This document shows positions 52,817 to 62,507 of a DNA stretch of 64,000 nt, piece after piece; the first letter of the stretch is position 1; each line of letters starts with the position of its first letter. A program made the translations under genes and the position numbers. Source of the stretch: Firmicutes bacterium UBA5766. Lineage in GTDB: Bacteria > Bacillota > Desulfotomaculia > Desulfotomaculales > Nap2-2B. Location of the stretch: the NCBI GenBank assembly GCA_002418775.1, contig DIEU01000049.1, positions 32,241-96,240 of the forward strand, read 5' to 3'. The notes under the pieces are model-generated. The model was not told where the DNA came from. It did no database searches and was given only the letters and a program-made list of their open reading frames with translations.

Positions 52817-53300
52817 TTTTATGGATATTATTAATTCACTTGTCAACTTTTTTCAGGTCCAGAAGCTTTATATTTTCCTTTGTCTCGGTCTGATTGTTTT
52901 AATAATTGGAATTGTTTTAACGATTATTCAAAGGAATATTGCAAAGGCCGAAAAAGATCAAAAAGAAACAAATAACCAGGCCAAGCTAAAAAACCTGCAG
53001 AACCTGCATCGTCTCGGAGATGAAAAGGATGAGATACCGCAGGAACTTTTAACGAAGGTCAATAAATTGATTGAACTTGTAGAACAACTTACAAACACAT
53101 TAGCAAGAATCGAAAACAATCAGACTAAAATCTTGGAAAACTATTCTAAGGAAAGCCTTCTTACCCTGGATGAACGTATTTATCAAGCTTATAAGAAGGG
53201 ACAGGGCATTTCTGAACTGGCTGTTGAATTTGGGCGTCCCAAAGGAGAAGTAGAATTAATTTTAAATTTGTATAAAAGTAAATTAAGGAAGGAGGATTAA
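52809..53300 (+). CDS. single-pass membrane protein in the position of Bacillus SwrB (163 aa)
   Basis: I set the start at ATG 52809, 8 nt before the sigD stop and after GGGGGAG. It has an N-terminal TM segment 'LYIFLCLGLIVLIIGIVLTII', a coiled coil and a C-terminal HTH-like 'GQGISELAVEFGRPKGEVELILNL'. Confidence 0.55.
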   Translation: MSDFMDIINSLVNFFQVQKLYIFLCLGLIVLIIGIVLTIIQRNIAKAEKDQKETNNQAKLKNLQNLHRLGDEKDEIPQELLTKVNKLIELVEQLTNTLARIENNQTKILENYSKESLLTLDERIYQAYKKGQGISELAVEFGRPKGEVELILNLYKSKLRKED

Positions 53301-53301
53301 A

Positions 53302-54066
53302 ATGCTTGAAGGTATATTCATCAGTTCAGCTGCGCTTAATGTTCAGCAGGAAAGACTTGATCTTTTATCTCAAGATCTGGAAAATATTAATACCTACGGT
53401 TATAAAAAGCGGTCCTTAATTGTTGAAAACAGCTTTAAGGATTTAGTTAGTAATAATGAAAGTATGTGGAATAAAAATACTGAAGACATGCCTGAAGTTA
53501 ACTATAGCGGCCTGACTCCGTATATTGCACAGGTTTATACTGACTTTTCCCCTGCAGTTGTGAAGGAAACAAATGTACCGACCGACTTCATATTGAATTC
53601 GGAAGGTTTTTTTGTTATCCAGACTCCGGACAAAGAACAATACACCAGAAACGGTTTCTTTTCAATTGATACCGATGGTTATCTTGTAACCATGTCCGGA
53701 AACAGGGTTTTGGGGAAGGACGGACCGCTTAAGGTGGGTAGTCGGGATTTTCTTCTGGCAAAAGACGGCGGTGTTACTGTTGATGGACAGTCGGCAGGGA
53801 AATTAAAAGTTGTCGCATTTGAAGAACCACAATTGCTTCTTGATGAGGGTAACGGCTGCTTTAGTCAACCGTCCCAAGGAGCTGGTCTGAAGGATGCAGA
53901 GAATCCCCAAATAAGTCGGGGGTTCCTGGAACAAGCAAATGTTGATTTCGTTGATGATATGGTTAACATGATTGAAATCTCCAGGGCATATGAAACTAAT
54001 CAACGTGTGCTCCGCACTCAAGATGAATTATTGGGCAAAGCAATACAGATAGGTAACGCGAAATAG
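53302..54066 (+). CDS. flgG: flagellar basal-body rod protein (FlgF/FlgG family)
   Basis: N-terminus 'LNVQQERLDLLSQDLENINTYGYKK' and C-terminus 'LEQANVDFVDDMVNMIEISRAYETNQRVLRTQDELL'. Confidence 0.8.
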   Translation: MLEGIFISSAALNVQQERLDLLSQDLENINTYGYKKRSLIVENSFKDLVSNNESMWNKNTEDMPEVNYSGLTPYIAQVYTDFSPAVVKETNVPTDFILNSEGFFVIQTPDKEQYTRNGFFSIDTDGYLVTMSGNRVLGKDGPLKVGSRDFLLAKDGGVTVDGQSAGKLKVVAFEEPQLLLDEGNGCFSQPSQGAGLKDAENPQISRGFLEQANVDFVDDMVNMIEISRAYETNQRVLRTQDELLGKAIQIGNAK

Positions 54067-54248
54067 AGAAAGCCCAAAAACAACAAGCGGTGACAACACC
54101 ATGACTATAGGACTCATTATATGAAAAACTAATTTTCAGGATAGTTCCTTAAAAACAGAGATATATACACACGAGACAGTTTTTATAAATTGGACAAATA
54201 AGGCAACTTCTGGAAGATTTAACTTGTCCCGTAGAGGGGGAGTAACAG

Positions 54249-54842
54249 TTGGATGGTATTCAATTAGACGCTTTAAGAGAAACATGCAACATCGGTCTGG
54301 GCCATGCCAGTACGGCTCTGGCTGTAATGACCGGAAGGAAAATAGATATTGACGTTCCAAGAGCTTCATTTATGCCTCTGGACGAAGCAGTACACATTGG
54401 GGGTGAACCGGAAAAAGAAGTATCCTGTATTAACATGCCGATAACAGGTGATATTCCGGGATTGGTTATTTTTATGTTTGACGCTCACAGTACTTTTCTG
54501 CTTGTCGATGTGCTTTCCGGCTTGCCTGAGGGGACGACCGCAGAACTCGATGAGATGTCAAAGTCCATAATCAGGGAAACGGGTAACATACTGGCGGGTT
54601 CCTTTATTAGCGCAATAGGCGACCTGACCGGTTTAAAAATGTATACTGAGGTACCTGAGCTTGCTTTTGACATGCTGGGAGCAACCTTGTGCAGCGCGCT
54701 GATAAATCACAACTATACCGATGACCAGCTTCTGCTGATTGAAACTGTTATAGGTGAATTGGACAAGCAAATAAAGGGCTTTTTTTTCTTTATGACTTCC
54801 CCGGAAAACTTGGAAAAGCTCTTCAAAGCATTATTATTTTAA
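54249..54842 (+). CDS. cheC: CheY-P phosphatase CheC
   Basis: 'LDALRETCNIGLGHASTALA' and a second 'IIRETGNILAGSFISAIG' repeat, the CheC/CheX/FliY motif D/S-x3-E-x2-N. TTG start after GGGGGAG. Confidence 0.85.
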   Translation: MDGIQLDALRETCNIGLGHASTALAVMTGRKIDIDVPRASFMPLDEAVHIGGEPEKEVSCINMPITGDIPGLVIFMFDAHSTFLLVDVLSGLPEGTTAELDEMSKSIIRETGNILAGSFISAIGDLTGLKMYTEVPELAFDMLGATLCSALINHNYTDDQLLLIETVIGELDKQIKGFFFFMTSPENLEKLFKALLF

Positions 54843-54858
54843 AGGAGAGTACGAAAAT

Positions 54859-55224
54859 ATGAGGCGCATTTTGATTGTTGACGATGCTGCTTTTATGCGG
54901 ATGATGATTAAAAACATTGTTGTGAAAAATAGTTACGAAGTTGTTGGTGAAGCGGAAAACGGCGCTGTTGCGTTTGAACTGTATAAGGAGTTAAAACCTG
55001 ATGTAGTGACCATGGACATAACAATGCCGGAAGTGAACGGGATCGAAGGAATAAAAAAGATACGCGAGTTTGATCCCAAAGCAAAAATAATCGTTTGCAG
55101 CGCAATGGGGCAGGAAGCAATGGTAATGGAAGCTATCCAGGCGGGCGCAAAAGATTTTATTGTCAAGCCTTTTCAACAGGAACGCATTCTGCAGGCTCTG
55201 GAAAGAGCTCAGGCCCGCGCATAG
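54859..55224 (+). CDS. cheY: chemotaxis response regulator CheY
   Basis: 121 aa. 'ILIVDDAAFMR', the phospho-acceptor in 'VVTMDITMPEVNG', and 'FIVKPF'. Confidence 0.95.
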   Translation: MRRILIVDDAAFMRMMIKNIVVKNSYEVVGEAENGAVAFELYKELKPDVVTMDITMPEVNGIEGIKKIREFDPKAKIIVCSAMGQEAMVMEAIQAGAKDFIVKPFQQERILQALERAQARA

Positions 55225-55238
55225 GTGGGGATGATTAA

Positions 55239-56213
55239 GTGAAAGAAAAAGAGATTCTTTCCCAGGCTGAAATTGATGCTCTGCTTACTGATATTTCAAC
55301 TGGAAAAGCAGAGGTCGTTCCCGATTTTAAAGAAGAAGAAAAGAAACTTCATTATAAGTTTTATGATTTTCGGAGCCCGGATAAATTTTCAAAAGATCAA
55401 CTTCGTACTTTGAGTACTCTGCACGATAATTTTGCACGTTTGCTGTCGAGCTTTCTATCGGCTTACCTTCGTTATACGTGCAATGTACGGGTGGCTTCAG
55501 TCGAGCAGTTTACCTTTGATGATTTTATTCGTTCCGTACCAACACCGACAATTTTGAATGTTTTTTCTGCAAAACCTTGCAAGGGACTTGCCATAATGGA
55601 AACGAACCCTCAATTTTTATTTCCCGTCATAGACTTGATGTTTGGTGGTTCCGGCGAAATGCCGCCACAAGTCCGCGATCTTACTGAAATAGAGATGTCT
55701 GTTGTGCGTCAGTTGAATACACAGATTTTAAGCTACCTCAAGCTGGCCTGGACGGATGCTTTCGATATTACACCGCAGCTTGAGGCAGTAGAGGCCAATC
55801 CGCGGCTTTATCAAGTTATTTCCCCGGCAGAAATAGTTGCCGTTGTCACTCTTACTACTGTTTTAGGTCCTACGCGGGGTCTGATTAATTTTTGCTTTCC
55901 GTACCTTTTACTTGAGCCCGTATTGTCCAACATGTCCAAGTTTTATAGTATTAGCCAGTCTATTGAGGTTAGTGAAGAAGTAAACAACATACGTCACTGG
56001 CTTGAAAAGGCCGAGGTTGATTTAAGTGTCATTCTGGGTGACGCCGTTATAATGGTCAGAGATTTTCTTACTCTATCGGAAGGGGACGTGTTATCCCTGG
56101 ATAAACAAATCAATCAGGAGTTGGACATGTACGTTGGAGACCAGCTGAAATTTAAAGTGCAGGCAGGTTATTTGAAGAGAAACCTGGCAATTCAGGTAAA
56201 TGCCCTTAGTTAG
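55239..56213 (+). CDS. fliM: flagellar motor switch protein FliM
   Basis: N-terminal CheY-P binding peptide 'LSQAEIDALL' and a FliM middle domain. Confidence 0.9.
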   Translation: MKEKEILSQAEIDALLTDISTGKAEVVPDFKEEEKKLHYKFYDFRSPDKFSKDQLRTLSTLHDNFARLLSSFLSAYLRYTCNVRVASVEQFTFDDFIRSVPTPTILNVFSAKPCKGLAIMETNPQFLFPVIDLMFGGSGEMPPQVRDLTEIEMSVVRQLNTQILSYLKLAWTDAFDITPQLEAVEANPRLYQVISPAEIVAVVTLTTVLGPTRGLINFCFPYLLLEPVLSNMSKFYSISQSIEVSEEVNNIRHWLEKAEVDLSVILGDAVIMVRDFLTLSEGDVLSLDKQINQELDMYVGDQLKFKVQAGYLKRNLAIQVNALS

Positions 56214-56228
56214 GAAGGTGGATAATAA

Positions 56229-57338
56229 TTGGCGAATAATATCCTCAATCAGGACGAAATAGACGCTCTTTTAGGCGATCAGAACAGCCGGCAAAGTAAA
56301 GATCCTTTGACGAAAGAGTTAACAGAGCAGGAGAAAGACGCACTGGGTGAGATAGGTAATATCTCTCTTGGGGCAGCTGCGACAACACTTTCGCAATTGT
56401 TTAACCAGAAAGTCAACATAACCAGCCCAAGGATCACCGTCTGTCATACCGAAGAATTAAGGAATTTTTTCGCTACACCCTGCCTTGCCGTTAATATTGA
56501 ATTTATCAAAGGATTATTCGGTTTTAATGTTCTGGTTCTCAAACAGTCTGATGCTGCTGTTATGACTGACCTGATGATGGGCGGAGAGGGTAAAAGAACC
56601 CTGTCAGAAGGTGAGCAGATGTCTGAGATGGAAGTAAGCGCCGTTGCCGAAGCTATGAACCAAATGATTGGGACGGCTGCCACCTCAATGGCGGATCTAT
56701 TCGGTTTTGCCGTCAATATTTCACCACCCCGGACAGAATTTCTTAAGGAAGATTCTTTTTCTGAGGCGCTTAGCCGTTACCAGGGGAAAATAGTGGCTAC
56801 TTTTTTCCGTTTGACAATTGGGGATATCCTGGATACTGAATTTGTACAGATAATGGAAATAGATACGGCAAAAGAACAGGCCACAATGTTATATAAGAAA
56901 TATAGCCAGGAAGATATCCAAGAAGACGACCAGCTTAGTATAAAAGAAAACAGCAATAAAGAAGAATTATTTGAACAAAGAGAAGGGGATTTGCAGGAAG
57001 AACAGCAAGAAGAACTTTTTATTTTAACAGAAGAAATGAAGAAGTCAGTTCCTGGTTCGACACAAACGGGAATTAAACAAAAAATAGACCTTATCCTGGA
57101 TATCCCTTTAAAGGTTACGGTTGTTTTAGGAATTGCCAAACGTCCCATTAAGGAGGTTCTTTCCATAACTCCCGGTTCAATTGTTGAGCTGACATCCCTG
57201 GTTGACGAACCTGTTGAAATACTCGTTAATGAAACTCTTGTCGCAAAAGGGGAAGTGGTCGTTGTTGACGAGAATTTCGGCGTTCGTATTACAAATATAA
57301 TCAGTCCGGAAGAACGAATAAAGTACTTGGCACGATAA
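56229..57338 (+). CDS. fliY: flagellar motor switch phosphatase FliY (CheC-like domain + SpoA domain)
   Basis: N-terminus 'LNQDEIDALLG'. CheC-like 'KDALGEIGNISLGAAATTLS' and 'VSAVAEAMNQMIGTAATS'. The C-terminal SpoA domain reads 'PLKVTVVLGIAKRPIKEVLSITPGSIVEL'. TTG start. Confidence 0.9.
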   Translation: MANNILNQDEIDALLGDQNSRQSKDPLTKELTEQEKDALGEIGNISLGAAATTLSQLFNQKVNITSPRITVCHTEELRNFFATPCLAVNIEFIKGLFGFNVLVLKQSDAAVMTDLMMGGEGKRTLSEGEQMSEMEVSAVAEAMNQMIGTAATSMADLFGFAVNISPPRTEFLKEDSFSEALSRYQGKIVATFFRLTIGDILDTEFVQIMEIDTAKEQATMLYKKYSQEDIQEDDQLSIKENSNKEELFEQREGDLQEEQQEELFILTEEMKKSVPGSTQTGIKQKIDLILDIPLKVTVVLGIAKRPIKEVLSITPGSIVELTSLVDEPVEILVNETLVAKGEVVVVDENFGVRITNIISPEERIKYLAR

Positions 57339-57371
57339 ATTCCCACATTAAGCGGAGGTTGTAAATGTTTA

Positions 57372-57854
57372 ATGGCTGCTTTAGAAATTCCTATAGGTAT
57401 TGCCGAATATAAAGTAACCAGAGAGCCAAACCGTTTAATAACGCTAGGACTCGGTTCCTGTGTCGGGGTCAGTATATACGACCCTTTTACCCGTGTGGGA
57501 GGATTAATTCACATTATGCTTCCCGATAGCACATTATTTGAAAACCAAACCTCAAAGACGGGAAAGTTTGCTGACACCGGAATTCCTTTTATGATCCGCG
57601 ATATGCTCAGCTACGGTGTCAAAATAAACAATCTGGAAGCTAAAATGGTTGGCGGCGCACAGATGTTCGACGGTGTTGATCATTTCAAAATAGGGCAGCG
57701 AAATATTGAAAAAAGCGATCAAATTTTAAGCCGGATTGGAATTAAGGTTATAGTCAGGGAAACCGGCGGTAACAAGGGAAGAACAATGATTCTGGACACG
57801 GTTACAGGACAGGTAACCATCCGCCTTTTAGGGAATCAGATAAAAATTATCTGA
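57372..57854 (+). CDS. cheD: chemoreceptor glutamine deamidase CheD
   Basis: 'LITLGLGSCVGVSIYDPFTRVGGLIHIMLPDS' is the CheD signature with the catalytic Cys. Confidence 0.9.
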   Translation: MAALEIPIGIAEYKVTREPNRLITLGLGSCVGVSIYDPFTRVGGLIHIMLPDSTLFENQTSKTGKFADTGIPFMIRDMLSYGVKINNLEAKMVGGAQMFDGVDHFKIGQRNIEKSDQILSRIGIKVIVRETGGNKGRTMILDTVTGQVTIRLLGNQIKII

Positions 57855-58314
57855 CAGGGGTTATAGCTGTAAATTCATTAAAGATTAACTCCAGTTGACG
57901 GACAAAAGTTTGACATCTCGTGCGCATTATAATACAAGGGGGCTGAAACTAACAATTTATTTTAAGGCAAAAGCAGCCGGTATAATTTCTAAGAAAAAAA
58001 GAAAAGGAATTAGGAGTTGCAGTAAATATGATGGTCAATACATTTAGAAGATGGTTCTGGCTGTTTATGGTATTGCTGGCATGAAATCTCATTTTAGGAA
58101 GATTTACAGTTTAGGTCTATGAATAAACGAAAGATAATCCTTTTGGCTGATGAATCGATACACACGCACTTATAATAATACATACTCCCATAGTAAAAGT
58201 AATAATTCAGGTCTTTTATATAGCGCAGGTATGATAAAAACCCCCTGGTACTGTTATGAAATGTTTATTTAACATGAGTTAAAACTTTGGTCATAATATT
58301 TCTGGTAGAAAATT

Positions 58315-58346
58315 AAGGCCCCGCCGGGTTAAACCAGCAGGGCCTT
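58315..58346 (-). terminator. stem-loop downstream of the MFS gene (possibly bidirectional)
   Basis: 'aaggccc' (58315-58321) pairs with 'gggcctt' (58340-58346), with further imperfect inner pairs. The flanks on both strands are T-rich. Confidence 0.45.
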
Positions 58347-58377
58347 TGATTTTAAAGGTTAGGGTTTAATATCTGTA

Positions 58378-59616
58378 CTACGCCTTACGGGGAGGACGCA
58401 TCAGCAATAAAGCAATGACAAAACCAATGACTGCCAGGACCGTAACATACGGGAAAAATACAGATACGTAGCTGCCCGTGAGGTCTCGCAGCTTGCCGGC
58501 CAGCAGATTGCCGACGATAGCGCCGATGCCGTAAGCTGTGAAAACTATTCCATAGTTTGGCCCGTAATACTTGATACCGAAATAAGCGCCGGTGGCAGCC
58601 GGACCGATGGCCAGCCAGCCCCCGAGGCAGAGCCAGAGCAAGGAGAAACAAATTCCATATAAAGATGTGGAGCCAGACCCGGAGAACTTGCCGAGCAGGA
58701 TAGCGGCGATAAAGATAATTACGAAGCTCAAAGCAGCCGTGTTGCGGGCGCTTATTTTATCCACCAGGGCTCCAAATATGGGCCGGCCGATGCCGTTGAA
58801 GACGGCGAATATAGATACGAACATAGCTGCTGATGTAGCATCCAGGGCAAAGAGTTCCTGACCGACAGGGGCTGCGACGCCAATCGCCATTAATCCTGCC
58901 AGAGTGCCGATGATGTAGCAGAGCCATACGCCATAAAAACTTCCCGTAGACAGCATCTGACTGGCAGTAAAGTCTGCTTTTCCGCCGGCTGCCGCGGGCG
59001 GGTTCCAACCTGCGGGTTTCCAGCCGGCCGGCGGGAACTTCAAGGGAAGACCGAGGATTACGATGATAATTAGAAAGGCAATTCCAAATTGGAACATTGT
59101 TGCTAACGGACCCACTGACGCAATCATTGAGCGGGCTAAGGGAGCGGTGATTAACGCTGAGAGACCGAATCCTAAAACAGTCAGTCCTACAGCCAGACCC
59201 CGCTTGTCAGGGAACCACCTTCCCGCCACACCGATGGGACAGTTATAAGCAATTCCTACTCCAATTCCGCCAATAATTCCGTAATAGATAGCCAGCTGGG
59301 TCATGCCGGTAGACTTGCCGCCCAGAATCCAGCCTATTCCTACAATGATACCGCCTAGAATTGTGAACAGTTTTGGACCGAATTTGTCCAGGAATGGGCC
59401 AGTGATAGGCATAAGAATAGCAAAGAAAGCAAGGAAAAGAATAAACGGCCACGAGCTTTCGGTAGCGCTTGCGCTGAAAAGCTCCTCCAAAGGCTTCTTG
59501 AATACGCTCCAGGAGTAAACAGCGCCCAGGCAAATATTAATAATTAGACCTAGAATTACATAAATCCAACGACCAGCTTCTGCTTTCATACCAAAAACTT
59601 TTACGTCGTCAGCCAA
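58378..59616 (-). CDS. MFS transporter, oxalate/formate antiporter (OFA)-like family
   Basis: 'RWIYVILGLIINICLGAVYSWSVF' is a typical OFA N-terminus, with about 12 TM segments. I chose the TTG start at 59616, 8 nt after AGGAGG. ATG 59589 is the alternative. The ORF-track N-terminus overlaps the upstream gene. Confidence 0.8.
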   Translation of the reverse strand: MADDVKVFGMKAEAGRWIYVILGLIINICLGAVYSWSVFKKPLEELFSASATESSWPFILFLAFFAILMPITGPFLDKFGPKLFTILGGIIVGIGWILGGKSTGMTQLAIYYGIIGGIGVGIAYNCPIGVAGRWFPDKRGLAVGLTVLGFGLSALITAPLARSMIASVGPLATMFQFGIAFLIIIVILGLPLKFPPAGWKPAGWNPPAAAGGKADFTASQMLSTGSFYGVWLCYIIGTLAGLMAIGVAAPVGQELFALDATSAAMFVSIFAVFNGIGRPIFGALVDKISARNTAALSFVIIFIAAILLGKFSGSGSTSLYGICFSLLWLCLGGWLAIGPAATGAYFGIKYYGPNYGIVFTAYGIGAIVGNLLAGKLRDLTGSYVSVFFPYVTVLAVIGFVIALLLMRPPRKA

Positions 59617-59686
59617 TACTTGCGCCTCCTTGTTAATTTGTTTTCTTTTCTTATAAGTAATTAAATAATAGGAGTCCGTTAAAGCT

Positions 59687-60064
59687 TTATTTAATAGGCT
59701 CCACCTCCCAGTTTTCATTTACCCACAAGCCGATTAATTGAACAGGATAATTCCACCCGGAAATGGTTTTTAGAGCCTGTTTAAATTGCTCGTATTGGGT
59801 TTCTTTTGGAACCGGGTTTCCGGCGCAGTCATAGTGCGTAACTATCGCAACCAGCTTGGAGCCGTGAGCCTGAATGGATACATTTACTCTTTGTTTTATA
59901 GATTCTACTCCGGCCGTGTTTTCTGCAAGCATTTTCACCGGACCTGGTTCCGTAACCGTATCGATAAAGTCAAGGCCATATTCTTTTCTTAAGTAATCGT
60001 TTACAGGCAGCTGTGTGCGGCCGTCCATACAGTTTATCGCAGTGCCGAAATTTCCCTTAGCCAT
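59687..60064 (-). CDS. small beta-carbonic-anhydrase-like protein (125 aa)
   Basis: It contains 'CMDGR' (CxDxR) and 'HYDCAG' (HxxC), the beta-CA zinc-ligand signature. I set the start at ATG 60064 after GGAGGTTGAA. Confidence 0.45.
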   Translation of the reverse strand: MAKGNFGTAINCMDGRTQLPVNDYLRKEYGLDFIDTVTEPGPVKMLAENTAGVESIKQRVNVSIQAHGSKLVAIVTHYDCAGNPVPKETQYEQFKQALKTISGWNYPVQLIGLWVNENWEVEPIK

Positions 60065-60168
60065 TTCAACCTCCGTAATAATCTTATTCCTTGATGACAA
60101 CTTTTATTAAAAGCGCTGGTTATTTTTCCTTGGAATGCAAAAAATTCAATATTTTTATCTTTATTAAA

Positions 60169-60197
60169 ATTCTATTTAGGAGGTCTGTACATGTCAA
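60169..60197 (-). promoter_or_regulatory. candidate sigma-A promoter for the beta-CA-like / MFS pair
   Basis: On the minus strand: TTGACA (60197-60192), a 17-nt spacer, then TAGAAT (60174-60169). Confidence 0.5.
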
Positions 60198-60208
60198 GAA
60201 ATTTTTTG

Positions 60209-60258
60209 TAAAAAAAGAGGCCTCATTATCAACTGAAATGAGGCCTCTTTTTTATTTT
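60209..60258 (-). terminator. rho-independent terminator of acs (symmetrical, could act in both directions)
   Basis: 11-bp perfect stem 'agaggcctcat' (60216-60226) / 'atgaggcctct' (60238-60248), flanked by A7 and T-rich runs. Confidence 0.8.
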
Positions 60259-60262
60259 AGTC

Positions 60263-62233
60263 TTAGACTCTATCCTTGACGAGACCTTCAACAACAGTCG
60301 GATCTGCAAGTGTTGAGGTGTCGCCCAGGCTGCTTACGTCGCCGGCGGCGATCTTCACAAGGATACGGCGCATGATTTTGCCGCTTCTTGTCTTGGGCAG
60401 GAAGTCGGCCCACTGGATCTTATCGGGTGTGGCAATCGGACCGATTTCCTTACGGACGTGAGCGGTGAGTTCTTTCTTAAGCGCATCTGTCTTTTCTACG
60501 CCGACTTTTAAGGTTACGAAGGCGTAAATGCCCTGTCCTTTGAGGTCGTGGGGCATTCCAACGACGGCTGCCTCGGCTACTTTTTCGTGAGCCACAAGTG
60601 CGCTTTCCACTTCAGCAGTGCCGATCCGGTGACCGGAAACGTTGATGACATCGTCAATACGTCCCATCAGCCAGTAATACCCGTCTTCGTCACGGCGTGC
60701 GCCGTCACCGGTTGTGTACATGCCGGGGAACTGAATGAAGTAAGTGTTCTTGAATCTTTCGGGATCTCCGAAAACGGTGCGCATCAGGCCGGGCCAGGGT
60801 CTTCTAATGCAGAGCCAGCCGCCCTCGTTTACGCCCACTTCTGATCCGTCTTCCCTTACGATTACCGGGTCGACTCCGAAGAAAGGCAGCGAGGCGGCGC
60901 CGGGCTTAAGCGGAGTGGCGCCCGGGAACGGCTGGATCAGGAAGCCGCCTGTTTCTGTCTGCCACCATGTATCTATAATGGGGCATTTTTCTTTTCCGAT
61001 GATAGTGTAGTACCACATCCAGGCTTCGGGGTTGATGGGCTCGCCCACTGTACCTAGGATTTTGATTGAAGAAAGATCTCTCTTTAAAGCCCATTCGTCG
61101 CCTTCACGCATCAGAGCACGAAGGGCGGTAGGAGCGGTATAGAATTGACTGACCTTAAATTTCTCGCATATCTTCCAGAACCGGTCGGGGTTCGGGAAAG
61201 TAGGAACACCTTCGTACATTATGCTGGCAGTTCCGAGGGCCAGAGGACCGTAGACAATATAGCTGTGTCCTGTGACCCAGCCGATATCAGCGGTGCACCA
61301 CCAGGTGTCCTCTTCTTTTATATCAAAAACCCACTTAAGTGTCTGGTAAGTGTACAGGAGGTAACCGGCGCCGGTGTGCAGAACACCCTTGGGTTTGCCC
61401 GTGCTTCCGCTTGTATAAAGGATGAACAGGGGATCTTCCGCATCCATTACTTCGGGTTCGCAAACAGAGGACAGATTATCGTCAGCCATCAGGTCGTTAA
61501 ACCATACATCACGGCCTTCTTTCATGGCTACATCAAGACCGATTCTCTTGACTACAATTGATTTCTCTACAGTTGGGCACTGTGCAAGAGCGTCATCGGC
61601 AGTGTTCTTGCTGTTGACGACTTTGCCGCTGCGGTAGTAACCGTCTACACAAATGAGTATTTTTGAACCGCAGTCCTGCACACGGTTCGTTAAAGCATCG
61701 GCGCTGAAACCGCCGAAAACCACCGAATGGATTGCCCCGATACGGGCGCAGGCAAGCATGGCAATGGGAAGTTCGGGAATCATGGGCAGATAAATAGAAA
61801 CCCGGTCACCTTTATTGACGCCCAGGTTCTTTAAAACATTGGCAAATTTGCATACTTCGTAATGAAGCTGCTGATATGTATAAACTTTGCTTTCCCCTTC
61901 GGGCTCCCCTTCCCAAATAATCGCCGCCTTGTTTTTACGCCAGGTTGTCAGGTGGCGGTCCAGGCAGTTGTAAGATACGTTTATTTTGCCTCCGACAAAC
62001 CACTCGTGCTTCGCATTGGCGAAGTCTTCCACCATAACCTTATCCCATTTTTTAAACCAGTCAAGCTGTTCTGCCAGTTCACCCCAGAATGCATCCGGAT
62101 CCTCGATAGACTTTTTATGCATGGCCTTATATTCTTCCATACTCTTAATATAGGCCTTTTCTGTAACTTCTTTAGCAGGAGGAAAAACTCTTGTCTCTGC
62201 CATCATGGAGGTAATTGCTTTCGCTTCGGCCAT
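60263..62233 (-). CDS. acs: acetyl-CoA synthetase (AMP-forming)
   Basis: 656 aa. '[19 protein letters not shown]', the AMP-binding motif '[12 protein letters not shown]', and the C-terminus '[12 protein letters not shown]'. Confidence 0.95.
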   Translation of the reverse strand: MAEAKAITSMMAETRVFPPAKEVTEKAYIKSMEEYKAMHKKSIEDPDAFWGELAEQLDWFKKWDKVMVEDFANAKHEWFVGGKINVSYNCLDRHLTTWRKNKAAIIWEGEPEGESKVYTYQQLHYEVCKFANVLKNLGVNKGDRVSIYLPMIPELPIAMLACARIGAIHSVVFGGFSADALTNRVQDCGSKILICVDGYYRSGKVVNSKNTADDALAQCPTVEKSIVVKRIGLDVAMKEGRDVWFNDLMADDNLSSVCEPEVMDAEDPLFILYTSGSTGKPKGVLHTGAGYLLYTYQTLKWVFDIKEEDTWWCTADIGWVTGHSYIVYGPLALGTASIMYEGVPTFPNPDRFWKICEKFKVSQFYTAPTALRALMREGDEWALKRDLSSIKILGTVGEPINPEAWMWYYTIIGKEKCPIIDTWWQTETGGFLIQPFPGATPLKPGAASLPFFGVDPVIVREDGSEVGVNEGGWLCIRRPWPGLMRTVFGDPERFKNTYFIQFPGMYTTGDGARRDEDGYYWLMGRIDDVINVSGHRIGTAEVESALVAHEKVAEAAVVGMPHDLKGQGIYAFVTLKVGVEKTDALKKELTAHVRKEIGPIATPDKIQWADFLPKTRSGKIMRRILVKIAAGDVSSLGDTSTLADPTVVEGLVKDRV

Positions 62234-62362
62234 TATCCTGGACTCCCTTCTCGAAATTTGTTTAAAGTTCTTAAAAGAATACCTTCTATCTTATAAAAAC
62301 CGCCTTTTCAAATCACCCCCAAAAAATAATCAGCTAGATAATTTAAAATTTTACCTTATGAA

Positions 62363-62391
62363 ATTTTATTAAAGCAATGGAAGGATGTCAA
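62363..62391 (-). promoter_or_regulatory. candidate sigma-A promoter of acs
   Basis: On the minus strand: TTGACA (62391-62386), a 17-nt spacer, then TAAAAT (62368-62363). Confidence 0.45.
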
Positions 62392-62432
62392 GGTTTTTCT
62401 TGACGTAAATCTTCCTTAAAGATAAATTGGGC

Positions 62433-62461
62433 TTGACATCAAAACGCATGGGAAGTATTAT
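62433..62461 (+). promoter_or_regulatory. candidate sigma-A promoter facing the decayed thioesterase gene
   Basis: TTGACA (62433-62438), a 17-nt spacer, then TATTAT (62456-62461). Confidence 0.5.
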
Positions 62462-62507
62462 TTAACATGAATTAATGTAGGTTTTAGCCGTCGGGACTGA
62501 TATTTTA

